Positions 10,201-20,582 of a stretch of DNA of 64,000 nucleotides are shown here, piece after piece. The stretch is taken from positions 3,224,001 through 3,288,000 of the forward strand of contig CATNEN010000010.1 of the NCBI GenBank assembly GCA_950097015.1. The letters run 5' to 3'. Below the pieces are notes generated by a model that worked only from the letters and a program-made list of their open reading frames with translations, was not told the origin of the DNA and did no database searches. Position 1 is the first letter of the stretch. Every line of letters starts with the position of its first letter. Both the position numbers and the translations under genes were made by a program. Source of the stretch: Macrostomum hystrix. Taxonomy: Eukaryota; Animalia; Platyhelminthes.

Positions 10201-11903
10201 TTATTAGGCTAAAACACCGCCCTTGCCCAGATTGCCCCACTAGCTAAATAATAAATCCCTTAGGGATAACAATTAGTGTCCGCTACGCGGGTTACTTATC
10301 TGATGCTGGCTGACTTTGCTGCAGGCCGTCGCTCTCGCAGGGATGGGCAAATAAAAGGGGGAACGAGACAGGGAGTTGCTAAACACAGCTGGCAAGGGGC
10401 CAGGCTGCAAGGAGCTCGATGCTCAATTGGAGCTCACCCAAGGAGGTGGCTTATGCTTACGGGATCTAACAGGTATGTACCTGTAGTTATGCTCTGGAGC
10501 CTTAGGCTCAGGGGCTAAGTGCTAGACTAGAAGGGGGAGAGTCCACGGACCGAGTTCCGGGACCGGACACGGGAAGAAGGTCCAAAGGGAGGTTCGCAGG
10601 GAGGTTCGCAGGGAGGTCCGCAGGGCGGTCCGAGGGAAAAGGTTCCTCCAGGGGCAGCGCAGCGCGCTTTCTTAAATAGTCCTGCAGCTCCGTCAACCCC
10701 GCATCCATCAAAGCAACCCACATGCTCGCCAGCCTGTCAGCGAGGAATCGGGTCGGCATTATGCCACCCCAATCGCCCACTGAAGCGGCGGCGAGAATCG
10801 CCAGATGCCCCACTAGGAGCGTCTGCCGGCAGTCGGCCAATGATTGTGATCCCGCCGGGATATGGGAAGCGCAGGCGCCGACCTGCCTACAGTGTCGTTA
10901 CATGTATCTAAAGGGGGAAAGGTCATAATCGAGCTTCGGCTCGGGTTACAGTAAAGAAAAGGGGACATGAAGAATTAATGCTCACTCTAGACGCATGAGT
11001 GATCCCTACAATCTGATCGCGGTTTGGAGGGGAATTATGACCTAAACTAGTCCATACAGTATTGCTATGGCCGCGATCAGTCACTTCTACAGGAGACTAG
11101 ACAGATCCGAGGCAAGGGGAATCGGCGGCTACTTAATTCACCTCCGCCCCAAGCCCGGCCCTAAGATTAATGATTGTGTTCTGCGGCCAGCTGCTATGTG
11201 GGTCGCGATTATTTGACTACTAAAAATTGGAAAAATTATGCTGGCTCACACTCCCACTCGATTCCCGCAGCACACTCCACATCACGTGTTGCAACTTTCT
11301 GGTGTTCAGAAGTGGCAGTTAAAGCTCTTTGAAGCTTCTGCGTTAATCTCTTGATGACTCCATCTCGATATCGAGCTCTATCCCGCTGTTTCTTCCGCTC
11401 CTTTCGAACTTCGTTGCGGTTGTTTGTTGCCCTATCTTCTGAACCAGTTTTATCCTGAGCGTCGGCTGGCATTGCGTGTAGCTCAGGCATCTCGACAGCG
11501 TACGTGTCTTCGCGATGCAGTACTGGTGGATACATGTCGTCAGCAATGTGGTCTGGTCGCGGCTCGACTTCAACCGATTCCTTCTCCAAGCGTGGTGGAA
11601 AAGTGTAGGGATTTGGAAGGGCATCTTTTCTAAGTCGAGCTGAACGTCGTTCGTGTAGTGGGCAGGAGTAATCGGTTTCTTTAAATGCAGACTGCACACT
11701 TTCAGCCTCCGCTGCCGCACAAAATTCAAGTCAACATCGCGTAATTCAAGTATCTCTATCCAACGAACTGCTACCTGGTCATCGCTTGGATATTTGCGTA
11801 CATGGACTGCAAATCCATGCACTGAAGCTGGAGTCTCCTCTGTAGTATAGCAGGCAGCTGCACAACAAGCGTGGCTACTAAGACGGTTGATGATCAGCTC
11901 CAT
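7289..11903 (-). pseudogene. Disrupted THAP/P-element transposase
   Basis: THAP domain (CCAAAC..YP..W..VCSLH / RLRKDALP) at 11236-11903, frameshifted near 11683. Catalytic-region motifs CLDGM and VTDQE at 8002-9003. Frameshift near 8005-8015, then YLCLRRLSQDHVE, an intron (7880-7945) and NFFSMVRGRNG. Confidence 0.9.
9004..11235. other. Unidentified 2.2-kb GC-richer segment inside the transposase (large intron or nested insertion)
   Basis: It separates the THAP exon from the catalytic exon. It holds short ORFs with no recognised domain, and no TIR or TSD was resolved. Confidence 0.4.
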
Positions 11904-12161
11904 GGCTAACGTGCGAAGCAGCAGCTCACAGCCAGCGAGTTTTGAGCGAGCGATAGACCATCAAATAAATTTTCTATCTGTCTAACTGTCTATGGGCAAA
12001 AACTCTGGGTTTTCGCGGCAGACGGCTGGCGGACGCAGTTTCTATTGCAAATTCGATGAGTGACCAATCTAGGTAATATAGAATCTGTGCTTTAAGTAGC
12101 GTGGCTATATCTATGGTATTTTCGCGAATATAGCCAGACATTTCATCTATAATTAGTATAT

Positions 12162-12191
12162 ACTAGCAAGTTTTGCCCCCCTTCGGGGAGC
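12162..12191 (-). mobile_element. Helitron-like 3' terminus (hairpin, then CTAG|T)
   Basis: The minus strand reads CTCCCC-GAA-GGGGGGCAAAACTTGCTAG|T. An identical 30-mer lies at 19011-19040. Confidence 0.6.
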
Positions 12192-13709
12192 CTTATTCAG
12201 TACTTAAAAGTGAAAATAATACGAAAATAATAATGTTCTCTATTTAAAATAGGAATTTTTGGGAGATCGTTAATAACGCATTTTAGGTAAAACAAAACTA
12301 TTAACTGTTTTACAGTTTCTTTCTTTAGAGCTTTTATATGTCAACGTTTTTTATAAAATGATCTTACTAATTTTATACATGAAATTGTTTAGAGCACTTT
12401 TTATAGTTGTTACTGAAAATGAAATTAAATTTTATTCCAAGAAATTCCTACTATCCGAGAAATGACTTGCTTTATTCCGATTTTATTGTTGCTTGGATTG
12501 CTCATGTGTGCTACAGTTTTATACACATCCAGACAAATTTTGACTTTCTTCATTTGTAAGTAAATTTCTAAGCCCTGCTCATCGTACTAACTGCGACTGC
12601 AATGTTCCGAACAATACGTAGCTCAGCATTGCAACTATTGCCATTGAATGAGGCCCCTCTTATTATAATAAATGACTTTAAGAGTCAGTTCAATGCAGCT
12701 ATCTCATTGTGAATGGACTTTGCAAAAGCAACTGGAGCTACATCCTTCGACCTTTGGTTTGACGCTTTTAATAAAGCTAACACTGGCTATATATAGCTAT
12801 GATATATGATATATATTATCATACTAAATTCCCCGACCCCCTCTCTTTTCTAGTCACACTCCTCAGCAGACTTCTCTTTTCTTATTTGCCTCATTCACAT
12901 TGTCAAATCTTATTTTGAATCTTACATATTACATTTTACATAAAAGTCTATTTCCAATTAGATCCCATTTTGATAGTTCATAATTGATAGCTAATATCAA
13001 TGGCTAATTGATCAATGGATCAATTTCTAATCTCCTTTTTTTTCTTAATGATTCCAGTTCTCATCAGATCCTATTTCTCATCTGACCTCTTTTCTTAGTA
13101 ATCCATTATGTATCATTCTTCATTACAAATGCATGCCTGACAATTTGTCTTTTAAAATAGAATAAGGGAATTACCAGGAGTGCAGATTCATTAATCATGG
13201 GACTGGTCTTTGTCAGCTAAAACATTTATTTGTATTTCTTCAATTACAAAGCACATTGAAAACAACAAAATAACAACAATTGAGTGAGCATTCGGCAAAA
13301 TTATTATTATACAAATACATATCATTATGACGTTATAAGAAAACAAACTCCAAATGTAGAGAATTCAATTCAATTAAAAAAGAAAAAACTGCATTGCACC
13401 TAAAAATATTTACACAAACAGTAAACATGATGATGAACTTGCAGAAGGCTCCGCCAACAAGACAGTATCATTGCACAGTTCATTGCATTTGACTGCAAGA
13501 ATAATGGTGTCAATCCTACTGCTTGTTGGCTTGCTTTACTCTGCACTGCTGGTCAGAGGCATTCACTTGGGCAAGTTAAGTTCACATTCTCAACGTCACA
13601 CAAAAAGCTTTACTGCTTGGGAAGCATTCACAGCCGGGATCGGAATTAAGCAAGTGCATTCACTCTTGCCACAGCACAGCTCAACATGCTTAGTCGGCCA
13701 TCACAAGAT

Positions 13710-14042
13710 TTAAGGTCTGCGATTAGGCCGCTTCAGACCATGGCTGCATACCCTCCATTTTATCGTGGAAGAACCTCTGAATCCGGTTATGCGCACGGCC
13801 TCGTCGGCTTGGCAGACGTCCAGAAGTGGCCTCAGATCTGTGCCAAACACGCTCACTCGAATGTCCACCGTGTCATCACTTAAGACGAAGGAGAACACTT
13901 GGCCCGGTCCGTCCTTGCCGACAAAGTCCTTGATGGTCGTCAGCATCGTCACCAGGCCGACGACAGCAACCTCCATCAGGCCCGGAAGCAGAGCAGATAC
14001 GCACATTTTGCTCTTCTTGGCTTGTCCGGCAGGCGACTCCAT
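13710..14042 (-). CDS. OB-fold (RPA-like ssDNA-binding) ORF or fragment
   Basis: VFSFVLSDDTVDIRVSVFG...VRITGF resembles RPA70-type OB strands. The C-terminus appears frameshifted or spliced. Confidence 0.55.
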   Translation of the reverse strand: MESPAGQAKKSKMCVSALLPGLMEVAVVGLVTMLTTIKDFVGKDGPGQVFSFVLSDDTVDIRVSVFGTDLRPLLDVCQADEAVRITGFRGSSTIKWRVCSHGLKRPNRRP

Positions 14043-14637
14043 CGTTCGTTTGCTATTAAGTAAACAGAAAAGTCTAGGAAATGACAGAACAAAAATTTTG
14101 CACTTAGATAGGGCTGTTTAGTTTGATATAAAAGTCGCTGTCGCATTATATCTCTATATTCATTTCAAAATAACAACCCACCGTGCACTTAAAAGTGCGA
14201 TGACTCACGCCACTTTCAATTGGCTGTGGCAACCTCCTCTGGCTTCCAGACCCCTCAAATCCACCACCCCAATAACATAAGTGAGGAGTGGGCCCAAAAG
14301 CTGCTGACCAATCAGAAACAGCTTTGATATTAACCAAACCCTAATGAACTGATAAGGCTAAGCCAGTCAAAATGGCAGAACAACACCCACTGTATACACC
14401 AATCTCAAATCACACAGCATTAAGCTGTCCTACCTCAACTACAACGTAACGTCTAGACGATACAAAAAAACTTCAAGACGCAAACTGGATGAGACAACTT
14501 TGGACTGCCTAACAGCTGTAAGCCAATCAGAATGGACCAAGCTAATCTGCAGGGTTTTGAGCACTGGTTAAGTTAAAATCCAGCCCTTACGGCGGAGTGT
14601 ATTTATATGACGTACAACATTGAATAGCCCCACAACC

Positions 14638-15122
14638 ATGAAAATCAACCACAACTACTACGCCGGCGGCGGCGGCGGCGGCGGACGTCGCGGTCGAAGG
14701 GGCCACCGCAGAGGACCAAGTAAGTAACATTGTGTCTGCCTATAATTCTATACATCTGCCTTACTTGGTCATTTATTTTCACTAAGTCCTTCCGTCAGGC
14801 ATTCAGTTAGACATTAAACTTGGTACAATTCTAACACTCATTGCAACATTCTTAACACTCAATTCACACAGTCTCGTGTTACCTCTGCGGTGGACCTCAC
14901 CGCGTCGCACGCTGCCCCGCCGTCGCCGAGCAACGGCAGCAGCAGCAAGAAAAAATGCGCCAGGAACAACAGGAACGAAGACTGCAAGAACGACTGGAAA
15001 ATTTGCGCCTGCAGAAGCAACAGGAAGAGCAGCAGCAGGGGCAGCAGCAGCAGAAGCAGCCGGAACAACAGGAGCAGCGGAGCAGCAGCAGCAGCAGCAA
15101 CAACAGCAAACTTAAGCGTTAA
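14638..15122 (+). CDS. 110-aa RGG + zinc-knuckle (CX2CX3HX4C) + Gln-rich protein, join(14638..14719,14872..15122)
   Basis: ATG at 14638, GTAAGT donor at 14720, CTAAC at 14831, CACAG acceptor at 14871. Phases match (333 nt total). Translation: MKINHNYYAG7RRGRRGHRRGPISCYLCGGPHRVARCP...QQ. TATTTATA lies at 14600. Absent from the ORF track. Confidence 0.8.
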
Positions 15123-15320
15123 AACCGATCTATTATATTTAAGACAATAAATTAATTTTCACGAAAGCGTTAAACCGATATACGAGTATTATATTTAAGA
15201 AAATAAATTAATTTTCACGAAAGCGTTAAACCGATCTATTATATTTAAGAAAATAAATTAATTTTCACGAAAGCGTTAAACCTATCTATTATATTTAAGA
15301 CAAATAAGTTAATTAATTTG
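15115..15320 (+). repeat. ~50-60-bp AT-rich tandem repeat, about 4 copies
   Basis: GCGTTAAACCGATCTATTATATTTAAGA(A/C)AATAAATTAATTTTCACGAAA repeated. Confidence 0.85.
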
Positions 15321-15384
15321 CACGATTTTTATTACTCTCTTACATTTACGATTACTACAGACTCATTTTTTCGCTTGGATTAAC

Positions 15385-15720
15385 ACAGTATTATAATCAA
15401 AGTACAGGAAGGGAAAATTGATTCACGCCAGGGGAACCATTTCGTTGCAAACTTTCATGCGATTTAAAATACACTGCATAGAACAGAGAAGGCGCATTTC
15501 AAGAGCTGAGGATTACTACTTGCTAAACTGGGAGATATTGGCTAATCTCTGAGTGACAATAGCATACTATTTGCAGATCTCACAGTGATTATTTGTTGCA
15601 CTGAGAAGTATTATAATCAAAGTACATGAAGGAAAAATTGATTCATTTCGTTGCAAACTTTCATGCCATTTAAAATACACTGCATAGAACAGAGAAGGCG
15701 CATTTCAAGAATTGAGGATA
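15385..15720 (+). repeat. Direct duplication of ~130-140 bp
   Basis: AGTATTATAATCAAAGTACA...GAAGGCGCATTTCAAGA at ~15387 and ~15607. Confidence 0.8.
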
Positions 15721-16659
15721 CTCGGTATTGTCACAAACTGTCAGTTTGTCAGCTAGCGATAATCGGTCTTAAAGACTTACAGATCTGCTGATCTGAAATT
15801 TCATACATTTGCAGAACTCAGAGGTACTCATTCTCATCAAATCCCAATTTGAATCATATCCTATTTTCAATCAGATCCCATTTTCAATCAGATCCCATTC
15901 TGCTTGTAGATATATCAAACAATATCTACGGCAATAAATTGTTGTCCTATGCTGTTCCAGTTTAAATCCAATCTCAGAAGCTCAGTTCTGCCTTTTCTCC
16001 TTTGATTTTATATTCTATAGTTTCATTGCTCAATTTTCACATTATTTCCCTTTCTCCTTTCTAGTCACTCCTCAGCAAACTTCTCTTTTCTCACATGCCT
16101 CTTTCGCATTGTCAAATCCCACTTTAAATCAAATCCCTTTTTGAATACGAGTACATTTCAAATCAGATCCCATCTTGATAGTTTGCAATGTGTATTAGCT
16201 AATATCAATGGCTGATTCAACCAGTTTGATTCAAATAAGTTTCGCAGCTATGCATAAATCAGCTGTGCCTAAATCAGCTTCGCAGCTGTGTCGAAATCAG
16301 TTTGTATGACAGATGACAGATCTGCATGACAGTATGACAGATTTGTATGACAGTTAGTTGAAAGATACATTGACAGGCTGCTAGACTGCTAGACAGATTG
16401 ATAAACACGCAGATGAACACATAAAAGAAACTTATGTCTACACTCTCCACTGTGTGGACTTATTAAAATAACACATTTACATCCTGATGTCTGTTACTCT
16501 ACTGTCAGTAGAAATATTCACGTCAGAATTTTTTACGGTATTGGCTTTACTGAAACATCTTTTTCACAATATATTTACATAAGGATGTTAGGTAAGGCTG
16601 TTATCATTAATCATAGTGAATATTTCACAAAGCATAGCATAGTCAAACAAAAGTGCACA

Positions 16660-16790
16660 ATCATAATGCAGTTATTAGTCAATCATAATGGAGTTATTGG
16701 TCAATCATAATGCAGCTATTAGTCAATCATAATGCAGCTATTAGTCAATCATAATGCAGTTATTAGTCAATCATAATGTAGTTATTAGTC
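16660..16790 (+). repeat. 22-bp minisatellite, about 6 copies
   Basis: TCAATCATAATGCAG(T/C)TATTAG tandem units. Confidence 0.85.
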
Positions 16791-16845
16791 AGCTGTCTTC
16801 GCCATGCCGTGGCCCGCAGAGCTGAAATAGCGAAATACTTTTTCT

Positions 16846-16882
16846 CCCCTTCGGGGGCAAAAATACTTTTAATTCGTCTAGT
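16846..16882 (+). mobile_element. Helitron-like 3' terminus (CCCC-TTC-GGGG hairpin ... CTAG|T)
   Basis: Hairpin at 16846-16856 and CTAG at 16878-16881. The same sequence recurs at 19027-19064. Confidence 0.5.
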
Positions 16883-16924
16883 ATATACTTTTTAGCAGCT
16901 GAATTTACAGCTTTTTAAAGCTAC

Positions 16925-17690
16925 AATGAACCCCCAGTTGACAATGATCCCCCCGTTGCTGATAATCTCCCAGTTGATGATGATCCCCAGTTGACAATGA
17001 TCCCCAGTTGACAATGATCCCCCAGTTGACAATGATCCCCCAGTTGACAATGATCCCCCAGTTGACAATGATCCCCCAGTTGACAATGAACCCCCAGTTG
17101 ACAATGATCCCACAGTTGACAATGAACCCCCAGTTGACAATGATCCCCCAGTTGATGATGATCCCCCAGTTGACAATGATCCCACAGTTGACAATGATCC
17201 CCAGTTGACAATGATCCCCCAGTTGACAAAGATCCTCCAGTTAACAATGATCCCCCAGTTGATGATGACTCCCCATTGATGATGATCCCCAGTTAACAAT
17301 GTTCCTCCAGTTGACAATGTTCCCCCAGTTGACAATGATCCCCCAGTTGATGATGATCACCCAGTTGACAATGAACCCCCAGTTGACAACGATCCACCAG
17401 TTGACAATGATCCCCCAGTTGACAATGATCCCACAGTTGACAATGATCCCCCAGTTGACAAAGATCCCCGAGTTGATGATAATCCCCCAGTTGATGATGA
17501 TCCCCCAGTTGACAATGATCCCAAGTTGACCATGATCCCCCATTTGATGATGATTCCCCAGTTGACAATTATCCCCCAGTTTACCATGATCCCCCAGTTG
17601 ACGATTATCCCCCAGTTTACCATGATCCCCATTTTGATGATGACTCCCCAGTTGACGTTGATTTTTCAAACGCTGGGTTAGCCAAGATTC
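16925..17690 (+). repeat. 18-bp minisatellite (GATCCCCCAGTTGACAAT)n
   Basis: Direct inspection. It explains the MIPQLT / GDHCQL ORFs. Confidence 0.95.
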
Positions 17691-18280
17691 AAACTCAGAT
17701 TTCGCCATGTTTTAAACCCTGGTGGGCTATGATTCAAACTCTCGTTTTGCCATGATTCAGACTCTGGTTGACTATGATTCAAACTCTGGTTGGCTATGAT
17801 TCAAACTCTGGTTTTGCCATGATTCAAGCTCTGGTTTAGCCATGATTCAAGCTCTGGTTTAGCCATGATTCAAACTCTGCTTTAGCCATGATTCAAGCTC
17901 TGGTTTAGCCATGATTCAAGCTCTGGTTTAGCCATGATTCAAACGCTGGGTTAGCCCTGATTGAAACTCTGGTTTAGCAATTTCAAACTCTGGTTTTGCC
18001 ATGATTCTAACTCTGGTTTAGCCGTGATTCAAACTCTGGTTGGCTATTATTCAAACTCTGGTTTTAAGCCATGATTCAAACGCTGGTTTAGCCATGATTC
18101 AAACTCTGGTTTAGCCATGATTTAAGCTCTGGTTTAGCCATGATTCAAACTCTGGTTTAGCCATGATTCAAGCTCTGGTTTAGCCATGATTCAAGCTCTG
18201 GTTTTGCCATGATTCAAGCTCTGGTTTAGCCATGATTCAAACTCTGGTTTAGCCATGATTCAAACTCTGGTTTTGCTATG
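17690..18280 (+). repeat. 23-bp minisatellite (GCCATGATTCAAACTCTGGTTTA)n
   Basis: Direct inspection. Confidence 0.95.
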
Positions 18281-19010
18281 CAGAAGTGAATTAAAAGTTT
18301 TCCCTTTATTTTCAAAATAAAATTTAAAAAATTGCTTTGCATCTATCACTACTGACTGACAATTCGTTTAAAATATTTTACGCAGTGCAGAGTCGAACCA
18401 AGGACACTTCGCCTAGCCTAGCCTAACCTATTCCTAGAGCCTGAACATTGGCAACTCCGACTTGGATTGGATTGCAAAAGGTAGCCTTATAAAATGAATT
18501 CTCAAAGTTCTGGCTTTGTACAAATAGAGTACACTTAGGTTCTGTCCAGATCGTGCAGGCTTCTAACTCAGTCAGCTAGGGGGTGTTGCGCAAGTTGCGA
18601 TGCAATTCCAATTCAGCGGCAGTCAGTTAAATTCTGACATGGGTGAGAAAAGCTGTGATGTAATCTATTTATATATTCGCACTGACTGTCTCGCCAGTGG
18701 GGTTGACACAGTGAAATTATTATCAGTGTACTCACTTTTAACAAAACTGGTCCTGATGCAATCATTTAAATTGGCAGTGGTATGCACGTTGACAAAACTG
18801 GCTCTGATGTAATGCATTAAAAATCCTATCTAAAACAGTTTTTCGAATATTTAATCCCCTTGGCAATGGAATTAAGCTTAATAAAAATACGTGTATATGT
18901 GTCCCCATATTTGGCATCTTTTAGTGAAGAAATGGTGAAAATCGGTTGAGCCGTTCGGGATAAAATCAATTACAACCAAGTAACAAACCATTTCATTTTT
19001 AGTATATTAG

Positions 19011-19064
19011 ACTAGCAAGTTTTGCCCCCCTTCGGGGAGCAGAAATACTTTTAATTCGTCTAGT
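19011..19064. mobile_element. Two overlapping Helitron-like 3' termini sharing one hairpin
   Basis: ACTAG-caagttttg-cc-CCCCTTCGGGG-agcagaaatacttttaattcgt-CTAGT. The left part equals 12162-12191 and the right part equals 16846-16882. Confidence 0.55.
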
Positions 19065-19087
19065 ATATACTTTTTAGCAGCTGAATT

Positions 19088-19695
19088 TACAGCTTTTTAA
19101 AGCTACAATGAACCCCCAGTTGACAATGAACCCCCAGTTGACAATGATCCCCCAGTTGACAATGATCCCCCAGTTGACAATGAACCCCCAGTTGACAACG
19201 ATCCCCCAGTTGACAATGATCCCCCAGTTGACAATGATCCCACAGTTGACAATGATCCCCCAGTTGACAAAGATCCCCCAGTTCACAATGATCCCCCAGT
19301 TGACAATGATCCCCCAGTTGATGATGATCCCACAGTTGATGATGATCCCCAGTTGACAATCATCCCCCAGTTGACAATTATCCCCCAGTTCACAATGATC
19401 CCCCAGTTGATGATGATCCCCCAGTTGATGATGATCCCCAGTTGATGATGATCACCCAGTTGACAATGATCCCCAAGTTGACCATGATCCCCCATTTGAT
19501 GATGATTCCTCAGTTGACAATTATCCCCCAGTTGACCATTTACCCCCTAGTTGACAATGATCCCCCAGTTCACAACGATCCCCCAGTTGACAAAGATCCT
19601 CCAGTTGACGATTATCCCCCAGTTCACCTTGATCCCCATTTTGATGATGACTCCCCAGTTGAAGTTGATTTTTCAAACGCTGGGTTAGCCAAGAT
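19088..19695 (+). repeat. Second copy of the 18-bp minisatellite block
   Basis: Same unit and same unique flanks as 16882-17690. Confidence 0.95.
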
Positions 19696-19698
19696 TTA

Positions 19699-20582
19699 CT
19701 CCCAGACGAGCGGACAGCTTCGATCATAGGGACACTCGTGCAAGTCTTCCGAGAGCGGGGCCCACCCTGGCAGCTGCTTCTGGACAACTCGGCGACCTTC
19801 CGCTCTGCCGAGGTGCGTGCATTCTGCGAAGCATGGGGAGTGCAACTCCTCTTCCGCTGCGCTCACCGGCCGTCGGCCAACGGGATAGTCGAGCGAAATC
19901 ATCGGACGATCAAGCGGATGGCATCCAGAACCGGCAAGGACGTGCTGGACATGGTATTCTGGTACAACATGGCTCCGAAGGATGGTACTCGGGAGTGCAG
20001 CGTGCCCAGCAGAATGCTCAGCACTTACGACTGGAAACCGCCCATGTTGGCTCTCCCCGAGGCCTCTGAGACACTGGAGTCAAACCCTGCCCTGCCGGTC
20101 GGAACGGAAGTGTTCGTCAAGCCGCCGGCAGTCAGGTGTACCGACGAGTGGCCAAGGGGGCGCGTGACAGGCCAGAGACAAGGGGCTACAGTGGAGGTCG
20201 ATGGGCTTCCCCGTCACATTGCTGACGTCCGGCCGGCCCCAGGCTCGCAACCACAGCCGCCTGGAGTAGAGCGAGCCGTTGAGCGGAACGGCGAACCCCG
20301 GCGGTCAAGTCGCGAGAGGTCGGCACCAGTCCGCTACGAAGCTTAATCTCTTTTGATCTTGAGATCAGGGAGAAATGTTGTACTCGTACTTAAACTATCT
20401 TTGTTGTTAGTTGACCGATGCCGCTGCTTAAGCAGCCATAGACTGTTCTGACCGATGCCGCTGCTTAAGCAGCCATAGACTTTTCTGTACCCCACTTAAC
20501 AAGTGCGCGAGGCCCAGCCCCTCGCAAATATATTCACCTTCTTGCGTTCCCTTCTGCTTCTCGCTCTAGCGACTTAGTTACA
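19699..20582 (+). mobile_element. Ty3/gypsy LTR retrotransposon 3' fragment: integrase core and C-terminus, PPT and 3' LTR (20376-20582)
   Basis: LLDNSATF and NGIVERNHRTIKRM rve motifs in 19738-20346. The purine tract AGGGAGAAA is followed by TG at 20376, and the LTR ends TTACA at 20582. The element is 5'-truncated. Confidence 0.85.

Larger units (their letters stand above)
6774..12089 (-). mobile_element. P-superfamily (THAP-transposase) DNA transposon, non-autonomous
   Basis: Perfect 32-bp TIRs CACAGATTCTATATTACCTAGATTGGTCACTC (6774-6805 and 12058-12089). 8-bp TSD CTTTAAGT (6766-6773 and 12090-12097). Imperfect subterminal inverted repeats. The empty site is at 1419-1426. Confidence 0.95.

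Noticed and set aside
10261-10271. TAGGGATAACA, the first 11 nt of the I-SceI site
   Set aside because: The remainder does not match, so it is a chance hit.
15115-15320. Regularly spaced direct repeats resembling a CRISPR array
   Set aside because: There are no unique spacers and no cas genes, and the context is eukaryotic.
12157-16888. TATATACTAG...CTAGTATATA read as the TIRs of a single TA-target transposon
   Set aside because: The right flank does not resume the interrupted ORF D sequence, so there is no clean TSD. Helitron-like termini explain the ends better.
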